A DNA stretch of 64,000 nucleotides from positions 54,088-118,087 of the forward strand of contig CAWDUP010000004.1 of the NCBI GenBank assembly GCA_963805505.1, written 5' to 3'. Both the position numbers and the translations under genes were made by a program. Origin of the DNA: an uncultured Actinomycetota bacterium (GTDB taxonomy: Bacteria; Actinomycetota; Actinomycetes; DATJPE01). Shown piece by piece: positions 1-10,127 of the stretch. Position 1 is the first letter of the stretch; the number at the start of each line of letters is the position of its first letter. Below the pieces are notes generated by a model. That model did not search any database. It was given only the letters and a program-made list of their open reading frames with translations, and was not told where the DNA came from.

Positions 1-765
1 ACGAGAGACCACCGATGAAGGCGGCGACGAAGCCGTTGCCACCCAGCTGGATCGCCAGAAAATACGTCAGCAGCGCCAGGGCCAAGACCGCGATCGGATC
101 GAGGCTCGGCTGCGACCAGCCAAGCCGGCGGGCGGCCAGCAGCGCCCGCGCGCCGATTCCGCCGACGAGGCCGCCCACGGCTACCGCGACGACGACTTCC
201 ACGAGCGCGTCGGCCATCGCATGGCTGATCGAACCTGCCTCCTGATCCGCTGCCGCCCCGGCGAGGAAGAACAGCACGAAGGGTGTCGCCAGCCCGTCGT
301 TCAGGCCGGACTCCACGTTGATCAGCGTCCGCAGCCGGGACGGGATGCGTTGATCACTGACGAAGGACTCCCCCAGGGCCGCATCGGTCGGTGCCAGCAC
401 CGCCGCCAGGAGCGCCAGAACCCACCAGTTCTCGCCAGGGAACAGCAGCCAGGCGACTGCCGCACCGGACGCGATGGTCAAGGGCAGGCCGACCGCCAGC
501 AGGCGTACGGGCAGCCAGGCCTCACTGCGAAGCTGCGAACGGGTGACGCTCGACGCATCGCGGAACAGCACGAGGACGAGCGCGACCTCCGCCAGCGCAC
601 GAAGTTGCGCGCCCTCCAGGACGACGTCGAGATGACCGACGCGGGCCACCAGGTAGCCCGCGATGAGCAACGTGATCGGCGCGGTGATGCTCCAGCGATC
701 AAACCGGCGCGAGAGGAGGACCCAGCCGACGACCAGGATGAGACCGATCACGACCGCGGATGTCA
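1..765 (-). CDS. Cation:proton antiporter (CPA1/NhaP-type Na+/H+ exchanger), N-terminal part. The gene runs off the left edge and is not in the ORF track.
   Basis: Reverse-strand translation from a GTG near 765 gives a continuous polytopic membrane protein (VTSAVVIGLILVVGWVLL ... ESGLNDGLATPFVLFF ...). These are typical CPA1 exchanger motifs. There is no stop before position 1. Confidence 0.6.
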
Positions 766-768
766 CGG

Positions 769-2604
769 TTACCAGCTCCCGCCGCCGCCGCCACCCATGC
801 CTCCACCGGAAGAGCCGGCCGAACCTCCCGAGGAGCCAGCCGTTGCGGAGAAGGACGATGCACTGGACTCCGCGAACGACCCCAGACCGTCGCCCAGAGA
901 CCCGAGGTCCCAGCCACTCGGTCCGGAATACCAACCGAGGGTGGCTGCGGAACCGGTCGCTGCCTGAGCTGCAGCCAGCGCGGCCAACGCCTTGGCCCAG
1001 CGTTCGGTCTCACCGAAGACCATGGCGTAGGGAAGGTAGCGGCTGAACACGTCGACCGATTCCTCAAAGCGCAGCTGCTCGACCTCCGCCGTGGCGACGT
1101 AGCGCCGGAACCCGAGAACCTGGGCGAACGCTGCACTCCCCTTGGCCGTGCGCGCCGGCATCCGGTGGGCCGAGGCGAGCAGCACGACGCCAGCGGCCAC
1201 GACAGCGAGACCGAGCAGCCCGAGATGCGTGGCCATGGCCAACAACCAGGTCAGACCAACGCCAAGCGCGACGGCAAGCACGCCCACGACAGTCCACACA
1301 GACCGGGTGGTGTCTGGCCTGGTCCGGAAGTATCCGCGCCTCACCGCGTCGGTCTCGATGGCCTTGCGGACGGCAGCAAGCTGGGGGGCGAAGGTCTTCT
1401 TGAGGTCCGACAGGTCTACCTCGTCTCCCGTAGCGAACAGGTGACCGAGCAGGAGCGACTCGTAGGGCAGCAGATCGTTGCTGCCGGCGCCGTCCGTGCG
1501 CAACCGGGTCAACCGCCAGTCGCGGGAGGCGAACCAGTGCGCCCGCTTGAGCTCCTCGATCCGCAGGTAGCCGCGGACCGCCAGGTCCACGACCGTGGCC
1601 GAGACGTCGAGGGTGTCCGCACGCTCGTCGAGGATGAGGCCGAGCTGCCCGGGTCTCAGGTCGGCCGGTGGTTGGAACTCGACGGGACCTTCGGGGGAGG
1701 AGAACAACGGGCGTCGCGTCTCGACAGCGACGTCGCCGGGTGGGGTGAGTCCGGGCGTGACTCCTGGCCACAGCCGGTCGCGGCCGTGCCGCCACAGCAG
1801 TGCGAGAACTCCCCCGACGCCGAGCAGCAGGATGACTCCCGACAATGACGCCGTCGCGGGTGTGACGGCGAATGCCCGAGTGACCGAGAAGCGCTCATCC
1901 AGGATCGGTGCGGCTCCGGCGGCCGCGACCGAGTCCAGCGGCGCTGCGACGACGACGGTCAGCCCGTCATAGGGCTGCAGGTCTGCGTCAGTGAATGTCG
2001 CTGTCGTTCCTTTCGCCTTCGTGGAGGCGCAGGGCAGCGCGGAGTGCTCCGGCCCGGCGAAGCAGGCGGTGCCCGTGACCGGGCCGGGCATGCTGACCCG
2101 TACCGATGCAGCGACGATCGGCACCGACCACTCGGTGCCGATCGCGTTCCAGCTCAGCTCGACGTGCTCGGGGAGCGCGTTCACCGCCCCCCTGACCTGA
2201 TAGCGGATCGTGTACGTGTGCACGCCGGTGACCGTCTTGTTCTCGTCACCGACACGGATGACCAACGATCCGTTCTCGTTGGACGTCTTGACGTCGTCCG
2301 GTGCGTCGCTGGTGACCGAGAGGTCGTCGACCTTCAAGATGCGCTCGTAGGTCTTGTCGTAGTCGTAGCGCACCGGAATGGTCCGATAGATGCCGTGCCG
2401 CTGGTTCGTCCCGAAGTCGTAGACGATCGTCTCGACAACCTTGAGGGTGCCGTCGGAGTCCAGGACCGCCTGCACCTGATAGTCGTTGATCTGCTCGCCG
2501 CCGCTCGCCTGCGCCGCCGGAGCGCCGAGCAGGGCACAGCCCAGCAGCGCGAGCGCCGCCACACCCACCAGGGCAGCGGCGCGGCGAGCCCTACTCGATG
2601 CCAC
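769..2604 (-). CDS. DUF2207-family membrane protein. It has a signal peptide, a TM segment and a Gly-rich C-terminal tail.
   Basis: 611-aa ORF with an N-terminal signal-like [24 protein letters not shown] and a C-terminal [15 protein letters not shown] tail, typical of DUF2207. Its start overlaps the end of smpB. Confidence 0.7.
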   Translation of the reverse strand: MASSRARRAAALVGVAALALLGCALLGAPAAQASGGEQINDYQVQAVLDSDGTLKVVETIVYDFGTNQRHGIYRTIPVRYDYDKTYERILKVDDLSVTSDAPDDVKTSNENGSLVIRVGDENKTVTGVHTYTIRYQVRGAVNALPEHVELSWNAIGTEWSVPIVAASVRVSMPGPVTGTACFAGPEHSALPCASTKAKGTTATFTDADLQPYDGLTVVVAAPLDSVAAAGAAPILDERFSVTRAFAVTPATASLSGVILLLGVGGVLALLWRHGRDRLWPGVTPGLTPPGDVAVETRRPLFSSPEGPVEFQPPADLRPGQLGLILDERADTLDVSATVVDLAVRGYLRIEELKRAHWFASRDWRLTRLRTDGAGSNDLLPYESLLLGHLFATGDEVDLSDLKKTFAPQLAAVRKAIETDAVRRGYFRTRPDTTRSVWTVVGVLAVALGVGLTWLLAMATHLGLLGLAVVAAGVVLLASAHRMPARTAKGSAAFAQVLGFRRYVATAEVEQLRFEESVDVFSRYLPYAMVFGETERWAKALAALAAAQAATGSAATLGWYSGPSGWDLGSLGDGLGSFAESSASSFSATAGSSGGSAGSSGGGMGGGGGGSW

Positions 2605-3067
2605 GCGACCGTTGGCTCAGCGCCCGGGCGGTCTCGCGGGTCGCCTGCCGCTCGGCCAGGGCATGCCGCTTGTCGTAAGCCTTCTTGCCTCGGGCCAGGG
2701 CGATCTCGACCTTCGCGTACCCATCCTTGAAATACAGCGCCAGCGGCACGATGGTCAGGCCGGACTCCTTGGTCTTCGCCACCAACCGGTGGATCTCCGC
2801 CTTCGACAGCAGAAGCTTGCGCAGCCGCCGCGGCTCATGGTTGTTCCAGGTGCCCTCGGTGTATTCAGGGATGTGGACGTTGTGCAGCCACACCTCTCCG
2901 TCCCGGATCGACGCGAACCCGTCGATGAGCGACGCCCGCCCGGCACGCAACGACTTGACCTCGGTGCCGGTGAGAACGATCCCCGCCTCGTAGGTGTCCT
3001 CGAGGTGATAGTCGTGGCGCGCCTTCTTGTTCTGGGCGATCAGCTTTCGGCCCTGTTCCCGGGGCAT
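2591..3067 (-). CDS. smpB: SsrA-binding protein SmpB
   Basis: 158 aa with [28 protein letters not shown] ... [19 protein letters not shown], the canonical SmpB sequence. Confidence 0.95.
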   Translation of the reverse strand: MPREQGRKLIAQNKKARHDYHLEDTYEAGIVLTGTEVKSLRAGRASLIDGFASIRDGEVWLHNVHIPEYTEGTWNNHEPRRLRKLLLSKAEIHRLVAKTKESGLTIVPLALYFKDGYAKVEIALARGKKAYDKRHALAERQATRETARALSQRSRGIE

Positions 3068-3068
3068 G

Positions 3069-4259
3069 TCAGCCCCGTCCGCCGGTGGGCAGGGCGGCGA
3101 CCAGGCCGGTCAGCACGTCCAGCGCCTTCCGTTCGGCGACCGCCGGATCGGTCGGACTTGCGGAGATGTCTGGCGCGATGCCGACCCCATCGATGAGATG
3201 GCCGTCGGGAGTCACGTACTGCCCCACCGTGAGCTCGATCGCCGATCCGTCGGTAAGCGTGGCTGGCTCCTGGACCGACCCCTTGCCGAACGTCCGGCTT
3301 CCCACGATGACCGCCCTGCCCCGGTCCTGCAGCGCAGCGGCAACGATCTCGGCGGCGCTCGCCGTGCCGCCGTCGACGAGCACGACCATGGGCGTGGTCG
3401 TGTCGCCCCCGGGGGCCGCCTGGAGGGTACGGCTACCGCGTCCACGTCGGTCATAGCTGACGACGACCCCACCGTCGAGGAAGGCCCCGGCCACCTCGAC
3501 GGCCTCGTCGACGAGGCCTCCCGGGTTGTTGCGCAGATCGAGCACGATGCCGGCCCGCTCACGACCCGAGCTCGCGTCGGCGTTGACGGCGGCCCGCACC
3601 TGACGACCCACGCCGCGCGTGAATGAGTTCACCCGGATGTTGAGCACGCCACCGGTCAGCCGTTCCACCGTCACGTCATCACTGGTCACCGTCACCCTGG
3701 TCAACGTCAGCGTGCGCGGCGCGGCACCAGCGCCCGCCGCGACGGTCACCTGGACGGAGGTTCCCGGCTCGCCCCGGAGGAGTCTGGCCACTTCGGACAC
3801 GGATTTGCCGGAAGTTGTGACGCCGTCGACCGCGGTGACGAGATCCCCTGGCGCGAGTCCGGCGCTCTGCGCGGGGGTGCCGGGCTGAACGCTCGCGACC
3901 GACACGACGCCCCCCAGCGCCTGCCGCAACCAGACACCTACGCCGGTGTAGCGACCTTCGAGGGCCGCGCTGAAGGCCGAGAAGTCCGACGGTGCGTAGT
4001 AGGCCGACCACTGGTCACCCAAGGTGTCGAGCATCCCTTCCACGGCGGCCTTCTCCAGCGTCTGCTGGTCCACCGGCCGGGCCGCGTCACGGGCGATCCG
4101 GGCGGCCGCCTCGTCCAAGACGCCGGGCGACGGGGGCGACGAGGGCTGGACCACCAGGGCCCCCAGGCTGAACGCGACGCCGGCCACGACGACATAGCCG
4201 GCCGCCTTGCGGACGCCAGCGCTCAGCCGCCGATGCTTGCGGCTCGTCGGGGATGACAC
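3069..4259 (-). CDS. S41-family C-terminal processing peptidase (Ctp/Prc-like) with a PDZ domain
   Basis: Motifs [23 protein letters not shown] (catalytic Ser) and TFGKGSVQ (catalytic Lys). I place the start at the GTG at 4259, followed by a signal/TM segment [14 protein letters not shown]. The 770-aa track ORF is a spurious N-terminal extension that reads through the antisense of the M23 gene. Confidence 0.85.
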   Translation of the reverse strand: MSSPTSRKHRRLSAGVRKAAGYVVVAGVAFSLGALVVQPSSPPSPGVLDEAAARIARDAARPVDQQTLEKAAVEGMLDTLGDQWSAYYAPSDFSAFSAALEGRYTGVGVWLRQALGGVVSVASVQPGTPAQSAGLAPGDLVTAVDGVTTSGKSVSEVARLLRGEPGTSVQVTVAAGAGAAPRTLTLTRVTVTSDDVTVERLTGGVLNIRVNSFTRGVGRQVRAAVNADASSGRERAGIVLDLRNNPGGLVDEAVEVAGAFLDGGVVVSYDRRGRGSRTLQAAPGGDTTTPMVVLVDGGTASAAEIVAAALQDRGRAVIVGSRTFGKGSVQEPATLTDGSAIELTVGQYVTPDGHLIDGVGIAPDISASPTDPAVAERKALDVLTGLVAALPTGGRG

Positions 4260-4296
4260 CCCAGAAGTGTACGGATCCGAGCCGGGAAGCGGCCGA

Positions 4297-5556
4297 TCAG
4301 CAGGAGACCGGACGCTTGGTCCCGCCGAACCAGCCCATTGGGTCGTACGGCACCCCGTTGATGTGCACCTCGAAGTGCAGGTGCGGACCCGTGGCGAAGC
4401 CGGTGGCTCCGACCCGGCCGATCGGTTGCCCCTTGGACACCCGGGTGCCGACCGGAACCAGCCGCGCTGACTGATGGGCATAGAACGTGGAGAGTCCCTG
4501 GCCGTGATCGATGAGCGTGACGTTGCCGTAGGCGGTGTTGAAGTACTCCGCGATGACCCGGCCGCCGAGTGCGGCCGAGATCGTCGAGCCGTACGGCGCC
4601 CCGATGTCGATGCCCGTGTGGCACGAGCGGTAGCCATAGACCGGGTGGATGCGGGACCCGACGCCTTGGGTGACCGGCCCGTTGGCCGGCCACAGGAGCT
4701 CGCCGCTGGGCAGCCCGTTGCCCCGGCTGGCAGCGGCAAGCTCGCGCTTGACCTTCGCCTGAGCGGCCTTGAGCTGCTTGAGGTTGGCCAGCTCTCGTTG
4801 CTTGGCGGCTTCCGCCACCGACAGCGCGTGCGTGGCTCGAGCCACCAGGGCCTCGACGCGGTCCTTGGCCCGACGCGCCGTCTTGGCCAGCTCGCCCGAG
4901 CGAGCCAGCTGGTCGGCGGCCGCGAGGCGCTTGGCCTCGGTCTCGGCCGTCGCGAGCTCGAGGTCACGCTGGCTGATCTTGAGGTCTGCTTCGTCGACGG
5001 CCAGCTGCTCCAGGATCGCGTTCTGCGCCCGCCCGATGCTGTCCATCGCCGAGATCCGACCAGCGAAGTCGGTTGGCGACTCCGCCTCCAGGGCCACGCC
5101 GAGCTCAGCGAACGACCCACCCTGGATATAGCTCTGCCGAGCCAGCGCCCCGACCAGGGCATAGGTCGCATCGATCCTGGACTGAACGCGAGCCACAGCC
5201 CGCTCCGCCTTTTCCTGCTCTGCCTCGGCCGCCCGCAGGGCAGCGGCTGCCGCCTTGTCCTGGATGCGGGCGGCGGTGAGCTGGGCGTTGGCCTCGACGA
5301 CCGCCTGACGCGCCGCGGGAAGTTCGGCTCGGACGCTGGCCAGCTCGGCGACGGCGCGGCCGACCCGCCGGGTCGTGGCACCGACGTCGCCCACCTGCGC
5401 CTTCACCTGCTCCTGCAGCTGCTTGGCCTTGCGCCGCAGGTTGTCCTCGTCGTCCGCGCTGGCCGGCGGGACGGCCAAGGACGCCACCAACGCGCCGGCC
5501 GCCACCACGACCACGCCCAGTCGGCGTGCGCGGCGCTGGCGCGTGGGGGCGGTCAT
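4297..5556 (-). CDS. M23-family metallopeptidase with a long N-terminal coiled-coil (EnvC/PcsB-like architecture)
   Basis: The C-terminal LytM domain has HTGIDIG (HxxxD) and HLHFEVH (HxH). The N-terminal roughly 300 aa is Ala/Glu/Lys/Arg-rich coiled-coil. I place the start at MTAPTRQRRARRLGVVVVAAGALVASLAV (signal peptide), where the ATG overlaps the ftsX stop as TGATG. Confidence 0.85.
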   Translation of the reverse strand: MTAPTRQRRARRLGVVVVAAGALVASLAVPPASADDEDNLRRKAKQLQEQVKAQVGDVGATTRRVGRAVAELASVRAELPAARQAVVEANAQLTAARIQDKAAAAALRAAEAEQEKAERAVARVQSRIDATYALVGALARQSYIQGGSFAELGVALEAESPTDFAGRISAMDSIGRAQNAILEQLAVDEADLKISQRDLELATAETEAKRLAAADQLARSGELAKTARRAKDRVEALVARATHALSVAEAAKQRELANLKQLKAAQAKVKRELAAASRGNGLPSGELLWPANGPVTQGVGSRIHPVYGYRSCHTGIDIGAPYGSTISAALGGRVIAEYFNTAYGNVTLIDHGQGLSTFYAHQSARLVPVGTRVSKGQPIGRVGATGFATGPHLHFEVHINGVPYDPMGWFGGTKRPVSC

Positions 5557-6464
5557 CACACGCGAAGGTATCTCTGAACGGTGATCCAGCTGGCCAAAGC
5601 CGACAAGACCAGCCCAATGATGACCACGAGGACCGTGACGCTCCAGAACGTGGACCAGCCGATGTAGGCGATGAACTGGAAGTTCCTGGCCAGCCAGGTC
5701 AAGATCACCCACTTCATCGCGACGGCCAGGAAGAACACCGAGATCATCGCGCCGATGAAGGCGGCCAGCATCGCCTCGAGCACGAACGGCAGCTGGATGT
5801 AGACGTTGCTCGCCCCGACCAGCCGCATGATTCCGGTCTCGCGTCTTCGGCTGAAGGCCAGCACCTGCATCGTGTTGGCGATCAGCAAGATGACGGCAAC
5901 GATCATGATCACGGCCAGCACCAGCGCGCCCAGCTGAACGCCGTTCAGGAACTTGAAGAACTTCTCGAGCAGCGCCCGCTGATCTTGCACTTCCTCGATC
6001 CCGGGTCGCCCGTTGAACGCGCTGTAGATGATGGCGAACTGCTCAGGGTCTTGCAGCTTGACCCGAAAGGACTCCGGGAGGACGTCGGCCGTGGTGTTCT
6101 GCACGATCGACGGGTTGTTCTTGAACTGCTCCTTGAACCGCTCGAAGGCCTGTTCCTGGGACTCGTAGTAGACCTCGGACACCTCGGGCAGGGCCCTCAG
6201 GTCGGCCTCGATCTGCGTGCGCTGCTCGTCGGTGACGGCACCATCGGGGCACGAGGTCTCCGACGAGGCGTCCCCGCACAAGAAGACCGCGACCTCGACC
6301 TTGTCATACCAATAGCTCTTCATCTGATCGACCTGAGAACGCACGAGCAGCGCCCCGCCAAGCATCGTCAGCGAGACAGCGACCGTGATGATGGTCGCCG
6401 CCGTCATCGTGAGGTTTCGGCGCAGGCCGATACCGACCTCGCCGAGCACGAAGCGCCATCGCAT
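5556..6464 (-). CDS. ftsX: Cell-division ABC transporter permease FtsX
   Basis: 302 aa with four TM segments and a large extracellular loop; the start MRWRFVLGEVGIGLRRN is typical of FtsX. It sits directly downstream of ftsE. Confidence 0.9.
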   Translation of the reverse strand: MRWRFVLGEVGIGLRRNLTMTAATIITVAVSLTMLGGALLVRSQVDQMKSYWYDKVEVAVFLCGDASSETSCPDGAVTDEQRTQIEADLRALPEVSEVYYESQEQAFERFKEQFKNNPSIVQNTTADVLPESFRVKLQDPEQFAIIYSAFNGRPGIEEVQDQRALLEKFFKFLNGVQLGALVLAVIMIVAVILLIANTMQVLAFSRRRETGIMRLVGASNVYIQLPFVLEAMLAAFIGAMISVFFLAVAMKWVILTWLARNFQFIAYIGWSTFWSVTVLVVIIGLVLSALASWITVQRYLRV

Positions 6465-6550
6465 CTTGGTTGGTGTCCTCAGGTGGTCACGCGCCGGTGG
6501 CGCTGAGTCGGTGGGGTCGGTTCGGGGTCGGTTGCCGGTGTCGGTCGGGG

Positions 6551-7240
6551 TCAGTTCGAGTAGCCGTACACACCGCGCGTCTGGTCGCGGACGAGGTGCC
6601 CGCGCTCGAGCTCGATCACGCGCTTGCGCATCTGGTCGACGATGGCCGCGTCATGGGTGGCCATCACGACTGTGGTGCCTGTGCGGTTGATCCGGTCGAG
6701 CAGCTTCATGATCCCAACGGACGTGGAGGGATCAAGGTTTCCGGTGGGCTCGTCGGCGATCAGCAACAGGGGTCGGTTGACGAAGGCGCGTGCGATCGCC
6801 ACCCGCTGCTGCTCACCGCCGGACAGCTCGCCGGGCAGGCGCAGCTCCTTGCCCTCCAGCCCGACCAGCTCGAGGACCTCGGGGACGACCTGTTTGATGG
6901 TCGACTCCGGACGGCCGATGACCTCCAGCGCGAAGGCGACGTTCTCGAAGACGGTCTTGTTGGGCAGCAGCCGGAAGTCCTGGAACACCGTGCCCATCTG
7001 CCGGCGGAGCTGGGGGACCTTCCAGTTGGACAGCCTGGAGAGGTCTTTGCCGAGGACCTCGACGCGTCCGCCGGTGGGGCGTTCCTCCTTGAGCAGCAGG
7101 CGCAGGAAGGTCGACTTCCCCGAGCCTGAGGCCCCCACGAGGAAGACGAACTCACCCTTCCCCACCTCGAGCGTGACGGCGTCCAGCGCCGGGCGCACCT
7201 GGTTGGGGTAGAGCTTGCTGACCTCGGAGAAACGGATCAC
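6551..7240 (-). CDS. ftsE: Cell-division ABC transporter ATP-binding protein FtsE
   Basis: Walker [10 protein letters not shown], signature [14 protein letters not shown], Walker [11 protein letters not shown] place the start at the GTG at 7240 ([11 protein letters not shown]), which matches the canonical FtsE N-terminus. The track ORF extends to an upstream ATG at 7300. Confidence 0.88.
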   Translation of the reverse strand: MIRFSEVSKLYPNQVRPALDAVTLEVGKGEFVFLVGASGSGKSTFLRLLLKEERPTGGRVEVLGKDLSRLSNWKVPQLRRQMGTVFQDFRLLPNKTVFENVAFALEVIGRPESTIKQVVPEVLELVGLEGKELRLPGELSGGEQQRVAIARAFVNRPLLLIADEPTGNLDPSTSVGIMKLLDRINRTGTTVVMATHDAAIVDQMRKRVIELERGHLVRDQTRGVYGYSN

Positions 7241-7387
7241 AGGGAGAGGGGCGGCCGGGGACGGGGACAGGACGGGGGAAGGCGTCCGACCGCGCAACAC
7301 TGTACGTCGCTTGGGCTGGTCAGCCGCGCAGGCTGTCCACAGACGCGCCGCCCCTCCTCAGCGCAGTTCCCTCAACCTCGAGCCCAG

Positions 7388-8497
7388 CTAGGCGGGCTGG
7401 GCCTGCATGCGCCAGCGGATGCCGGCCTCGATGAAGTCGTCGATCTCGCCGTCGAGGACGGCCCCGGTGTTGCCCGTCTCGTACTCGGTACGCAGGTCCT
7501 TCACCATCTGGTAGGGGTGCAGGACGTAGGAGCGCATCTGGTTGCCCCACGAACCCGCGTTGTCATCCTTGAGGGCGTCCATGGCGGCGCGTTCCTCGAT
7601 CCGGCGCCGCTCCAGCAGCCGGGCCTGCAACACCCGCATGGCCGCCGCCCGATTCTGGATCTGGCTCTTCTCGTTCTGGCACGAAACGACGATGCCGGTG
7701 GGCACGTGCGTGATGCGTACGGCCGAGTCGGTGGTGTTGACGCTCTGGCCACCGGGTCCCGACGAGCGGAAGACGTCGACGCGGATGTCGTTGTCCGGGA
7801 TGTCGATGTGATCGGCCTGGTCCACCACCGGCAGCACCTCGACCCCGGCGAAGGACGTCTGCCGACGCCCCTGGTTGTCGAACGGGCTGATCCGCACCAG
7901 CCGATGCGTCCCCTGCTCCACCGACAGCGTGCCGTAGCCGTAGGGCACCTTGACAGCGAAGGTCACGGACTTGATGCCGGCCTCCTCCGCGTAGGAGACG
8001 TCGTAGACCTCGACGGCGTAGCCGTGGCGCTCCGACCAGCGCAGATACATCCGCATGAGCATCTCGGCCCAGTCGGCAGCGTCCACCCCGCCGGCCTCCG
8101 CGCGGATGGTCACGAGTGCTTCGCGCGAGTCGTACGGCCCCGACAACAGCGTGCGTACCTCGAGCTCGGAGATCGCCGACTGGAGTGCCGCGAGCTCTTG
8201 CTCGGCCTCGACCCGGGTGGCCTCGTCGCCCTCCTCCTCGGCCATCTGGAAGAGCACCTCCAGGTCGTCCACCCGCCGGCGGAGACTCTCGACCCGGTTG
8301 ATCTCGGCCTGCACGTGGGACAGGCGTGACGTGACTGTCTGCGCGTTGTCCTGGTCGTCCCACAGGTCAGGCGCGGCCGCCGCCTCGTTGAGGCTCGCGA
8401 GATCTTCCCGCATCCGCGGCAGATCAAGCACCTTCTCGATGCTGGTCAGCGTCGCGGCAACCTCGGCCACAGCGTCGGTGTTGTCGGAGGCGGCCAC
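7388..8497 (-). CDS. prfB: Peptide chain release factor 2
   Basis: 369 aa with the SPF motif (VRISPFD) and GGQ motif ([10 protein letters not shown]). It is one continuous ORF with no in-frame UGA. Confidence 0.95.
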   Translation of the reverse strand: MAASDNTDAVAEVAATLTSIEKVLDLPRMREDLASLNEAAAAPDLWDDQDNAQTVTSRLSHVQAEINRVESLRRRVDDLEVLFQMAEEEGDEATRVEAEQELAALQSAISELEVRTLLSGPYDSREALVTIRAEAGGVDAADWAEMLMRMYLRWSERHGYAVEVYDVSYAEEAGIKSVTFAVKVPYGYGTLSVEQGTHRLVRISPFDNQGRRQTSFAGVEVLPVVDQADHIDIPDNDIRVDVFRSSGPGGQSVNTTDSAVRITHVPTGIVVSCQNEKSQIQNRAAAMRVLQARLLERRRIEERAAMDALKDDNAGSWGNQMRSYVLHPYQMVKDLRTEYETGNTGAVLDGEIDDFIEAGIRWRMQAQPA

Positions 8498-8635
8498 GTC
8501 GGCCGAGCCTACGCGACCTGCTCTGGGTGGCGAGGTTGGTCCGCGCTACGGACGCGGCGATCGCCAGTCTCGTCATGAACGCTTGGCGCGCGCGTCTTAG
8601 GGAGACACCCAGCCGGACACCCCAGGAGCCTCGCC

Positions 8636-8926
8636 ATGAGCAGGACCACGCGCACCCACGCACTCACCGCCTTCGCCGTCACCGGTCTGGTCCTGCTCGG
8701 CACAGCAGCGCCAGCCTCCGCGCAGCCGATGCTCCTGGCTAAGCAGTACGCCAACTGCACAGCACTCGCCAAGGTCTACCCGCACGGCGTCTCCAAGGTC
8801 AGCCTGACCACCAAGCAGTGGAAGGCGCGCGGGGCCACCGGCAAGCCGGCGGTTCGACCCGGCGTCTACAAGGCCAACAAGGCGAGCATGGACCGCGACA
8901 AGGACGGCATCGCGTGCGAACGCTGA
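8636..8926 (+). CDS. Secreted Excalibur calcium-binding domain protein
   Basis: Signal peptide ALTAFAVTGLVLLGTAAPASA, followed by a C-terminal DRDKDGIACE Excalibur motif. Confidence 0.75.
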   Translation: MSRTTRTHALTAFAVTGLVLLGTAAPASAQPMLLAKQYANCTALAKVYPHGVSKVSLTTKQWKARGATGKPAVRPGVYKANKASMDRDKDGIACER

Positions 8927-9627
8927 ATGTCGCCGTTGCGCTGCTCGTCGTTGGGCTGAGTGGCGTGCTCGCATCGAGCCCGGCCGGGCCGGCAGCTGCT
9001 CGTCCGGCGCCTCCGTCCCCCACGGCAGGACTAACGGCGACGACCGCCGCCAGCGGTCAGGTCTCGGCTCGTGCCCTGCTGTCCCGCCTCACGGTGAGAC
9101 CCGAGACCGGCGGCAGCACGTACGACCGGGCGAAGTTCCACCTCTGGATCGATGCCGACCACGACGGGTGCGACACCAGGGAAGAGGTCCTGATCAAGGA
9201 GTCCACCAGGAAGGTGAAGGTCGGCAGCGGCTGTTCCCTCACCGGTGGACGCTGGGTGTCCTGGTATGACGGCGTCGTCACGAGGAACCCCTCGACCTTC
9301 GACATCGACCACGTCGTCCCGTTGCACGAGGCGTGGGTCTCCGGCGCCCGGTCCTGGGGCGCCGGCAAGCGCGAGCGCTACGCGAACGACCTCGGGTGGA
9401 ACCTCAGCCTGGACGCCGTCACCGCGCACTCCAACCGTTCCAAGGGCGATCGGGATCCTGCCGGCTGGCTGCCGACCGACCACCCGTGCAGGTATGCGCA
9501 CCACTGGGTGAAGATCAAGTACCGGTGGGGCCTCACGATCGACGCCGCCGAGAAGGGCGAGCTCAGCTCGCTGCTGTCCGGTTCGTGCGGGAGGTCCATG
9601 CTCGCCGTGCCGTCGCGCGCGACCTGA
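8914..9627 (+). CDS. Secreted DUF1524/HNH-type (His-Me finger) nuclease
   Basis: Signal-like NVAVALLVVGLSGVLASS, then DIDHVVPLHEAW and later NRSKGDRDP, which are DUF1524/GmrSD C-terminal-like motifs. I place the start at the in-frame GTG at 8914, overlapping the Excalibur gene by 13 nt. The track ORF begins earlier at 8818. Confidence 0.65.
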   Translation: MRTLNVAVALLVVGLSGVLASSPAGPAAARPAPPSPTAGLTATTAASGQVSARALLSRLTVRPETGGSTYDRAKFHLWIDADHDGCDTREEVLIKESTRKVKVGSGCSLTGGRWVSWYDGVVTRNPSTFDIDHVVPLHEAWVSGARSWGAGKRERYANDLGWNLSLDAVTAHSNRSKGDRDPAGWLPTDHPCRYAHHWVKIKYRWGLTIDAAEKGELSSLLSGSCGRSMLAVPSRAT

Positions 9628-9648
9628 CGCAGTCGAGGCGGTTTAGGG

Positions 9649-10086
9649 TCAGTCGACGTACGGCGCTCGCGCGGTGGCCGTCGCATCCACCAGCACCGCG
9701 CCACTCGCGCCTCCCACGATTCCGGGGAACGGCAGTCTGCGCAGGCACCGGAACGAGACCGTGACCGACTCTGGCCCGACGTCGACCCTAGTCACCACGA
9801 ACGCCTCGTACCGCTCGACGAGTCCCGCTCGGGTCACGTAGTCCTGCACCGCGCCGGCAGCCGCCTCGGGGTCGAGCGGGATCGCCTCGCCCGAAGGTCC
9901 GGTGTAGAAGGCCACGCGGTCAAGCTCTTGCACGGCGGTGAGAGCAGCGCCATCGGCCGAGCCGGCGAGGGAACGGCGCGTGAGGTAGAGCGACGACGCA
10001 TCGGTGACCACTGCCACGAGCAGCACCGCAAGCACCGCGAACCCCAGCATCAGGACGAGCACCGAGCCGGCGTCTGTCGGCACGAC
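9649..10086 (-). CDS. TadE/TadG-like pseudopilin or pilus-assembly protein
   Basis: Hydrophobic N-terminus SVLVLMLGFAVLAVLLVAVVTDASSLYLTRRS, typical of TadE/TadG-like proteins, and it is the last gene of the tad block. The 5' part of the track ORF overlaps the upstream gene, so I placed an internal start approximately. Confidence 0.5.
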   Translation of the reverse strand, partial: VVPTDAGSVLVLMLGFAVLAVLLVAVVTDASSLYLTRRSLAGSADGAALTAVQELDRVAFYTGPSGEAIPLDPEAAAGAVQDYVTRAGLVERYEAFVVTRVDVGPESVTVSFRCLRRLPFPGIVGGASGAVLVDATATARAPYVD

Positions 10087-10127
10087 TTCGCTCGGCACGA
10101 CCTCGCTGCGACGGACGGCGGGGCCGC

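Noticed and set aside
221-1848. Long plus-strand ORFs (221-967, 663-1046, 760-1848) and the minus ORF 1064-1795
   Set aside because: They lie antisense or out of frame to the antiporter and DUF2207 genes. The translations are Arg/Pro/Gly-rich low-complexity, typical of spurious ORFs in high-GC DNA.
3069-5381. 770-aa ORF spanning the S41 and M23 genes
   Set aside because: The N-terminal 370 aa is a low-complexity read-through of the antisense or alternate frame of the M23 peptidase. The real S41 gene starts at GTG 4259, before a signal/TM segment.
4474-6506. Plus-strand ORFs 4474-5577 and 5526-6506 (over 300 aa each)
   Set aside because: They are antisense to the M23 and ftsX genes, which have unambiguous motifs. 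The translations are low-complexity.
7517-8363. ORFs 7517-8329 (+) and 7563-8363 (-) overlapping prfB
   Set aside because: They are alternate frames of prfB, whose GGQ and SPF motifs fix the real frame.
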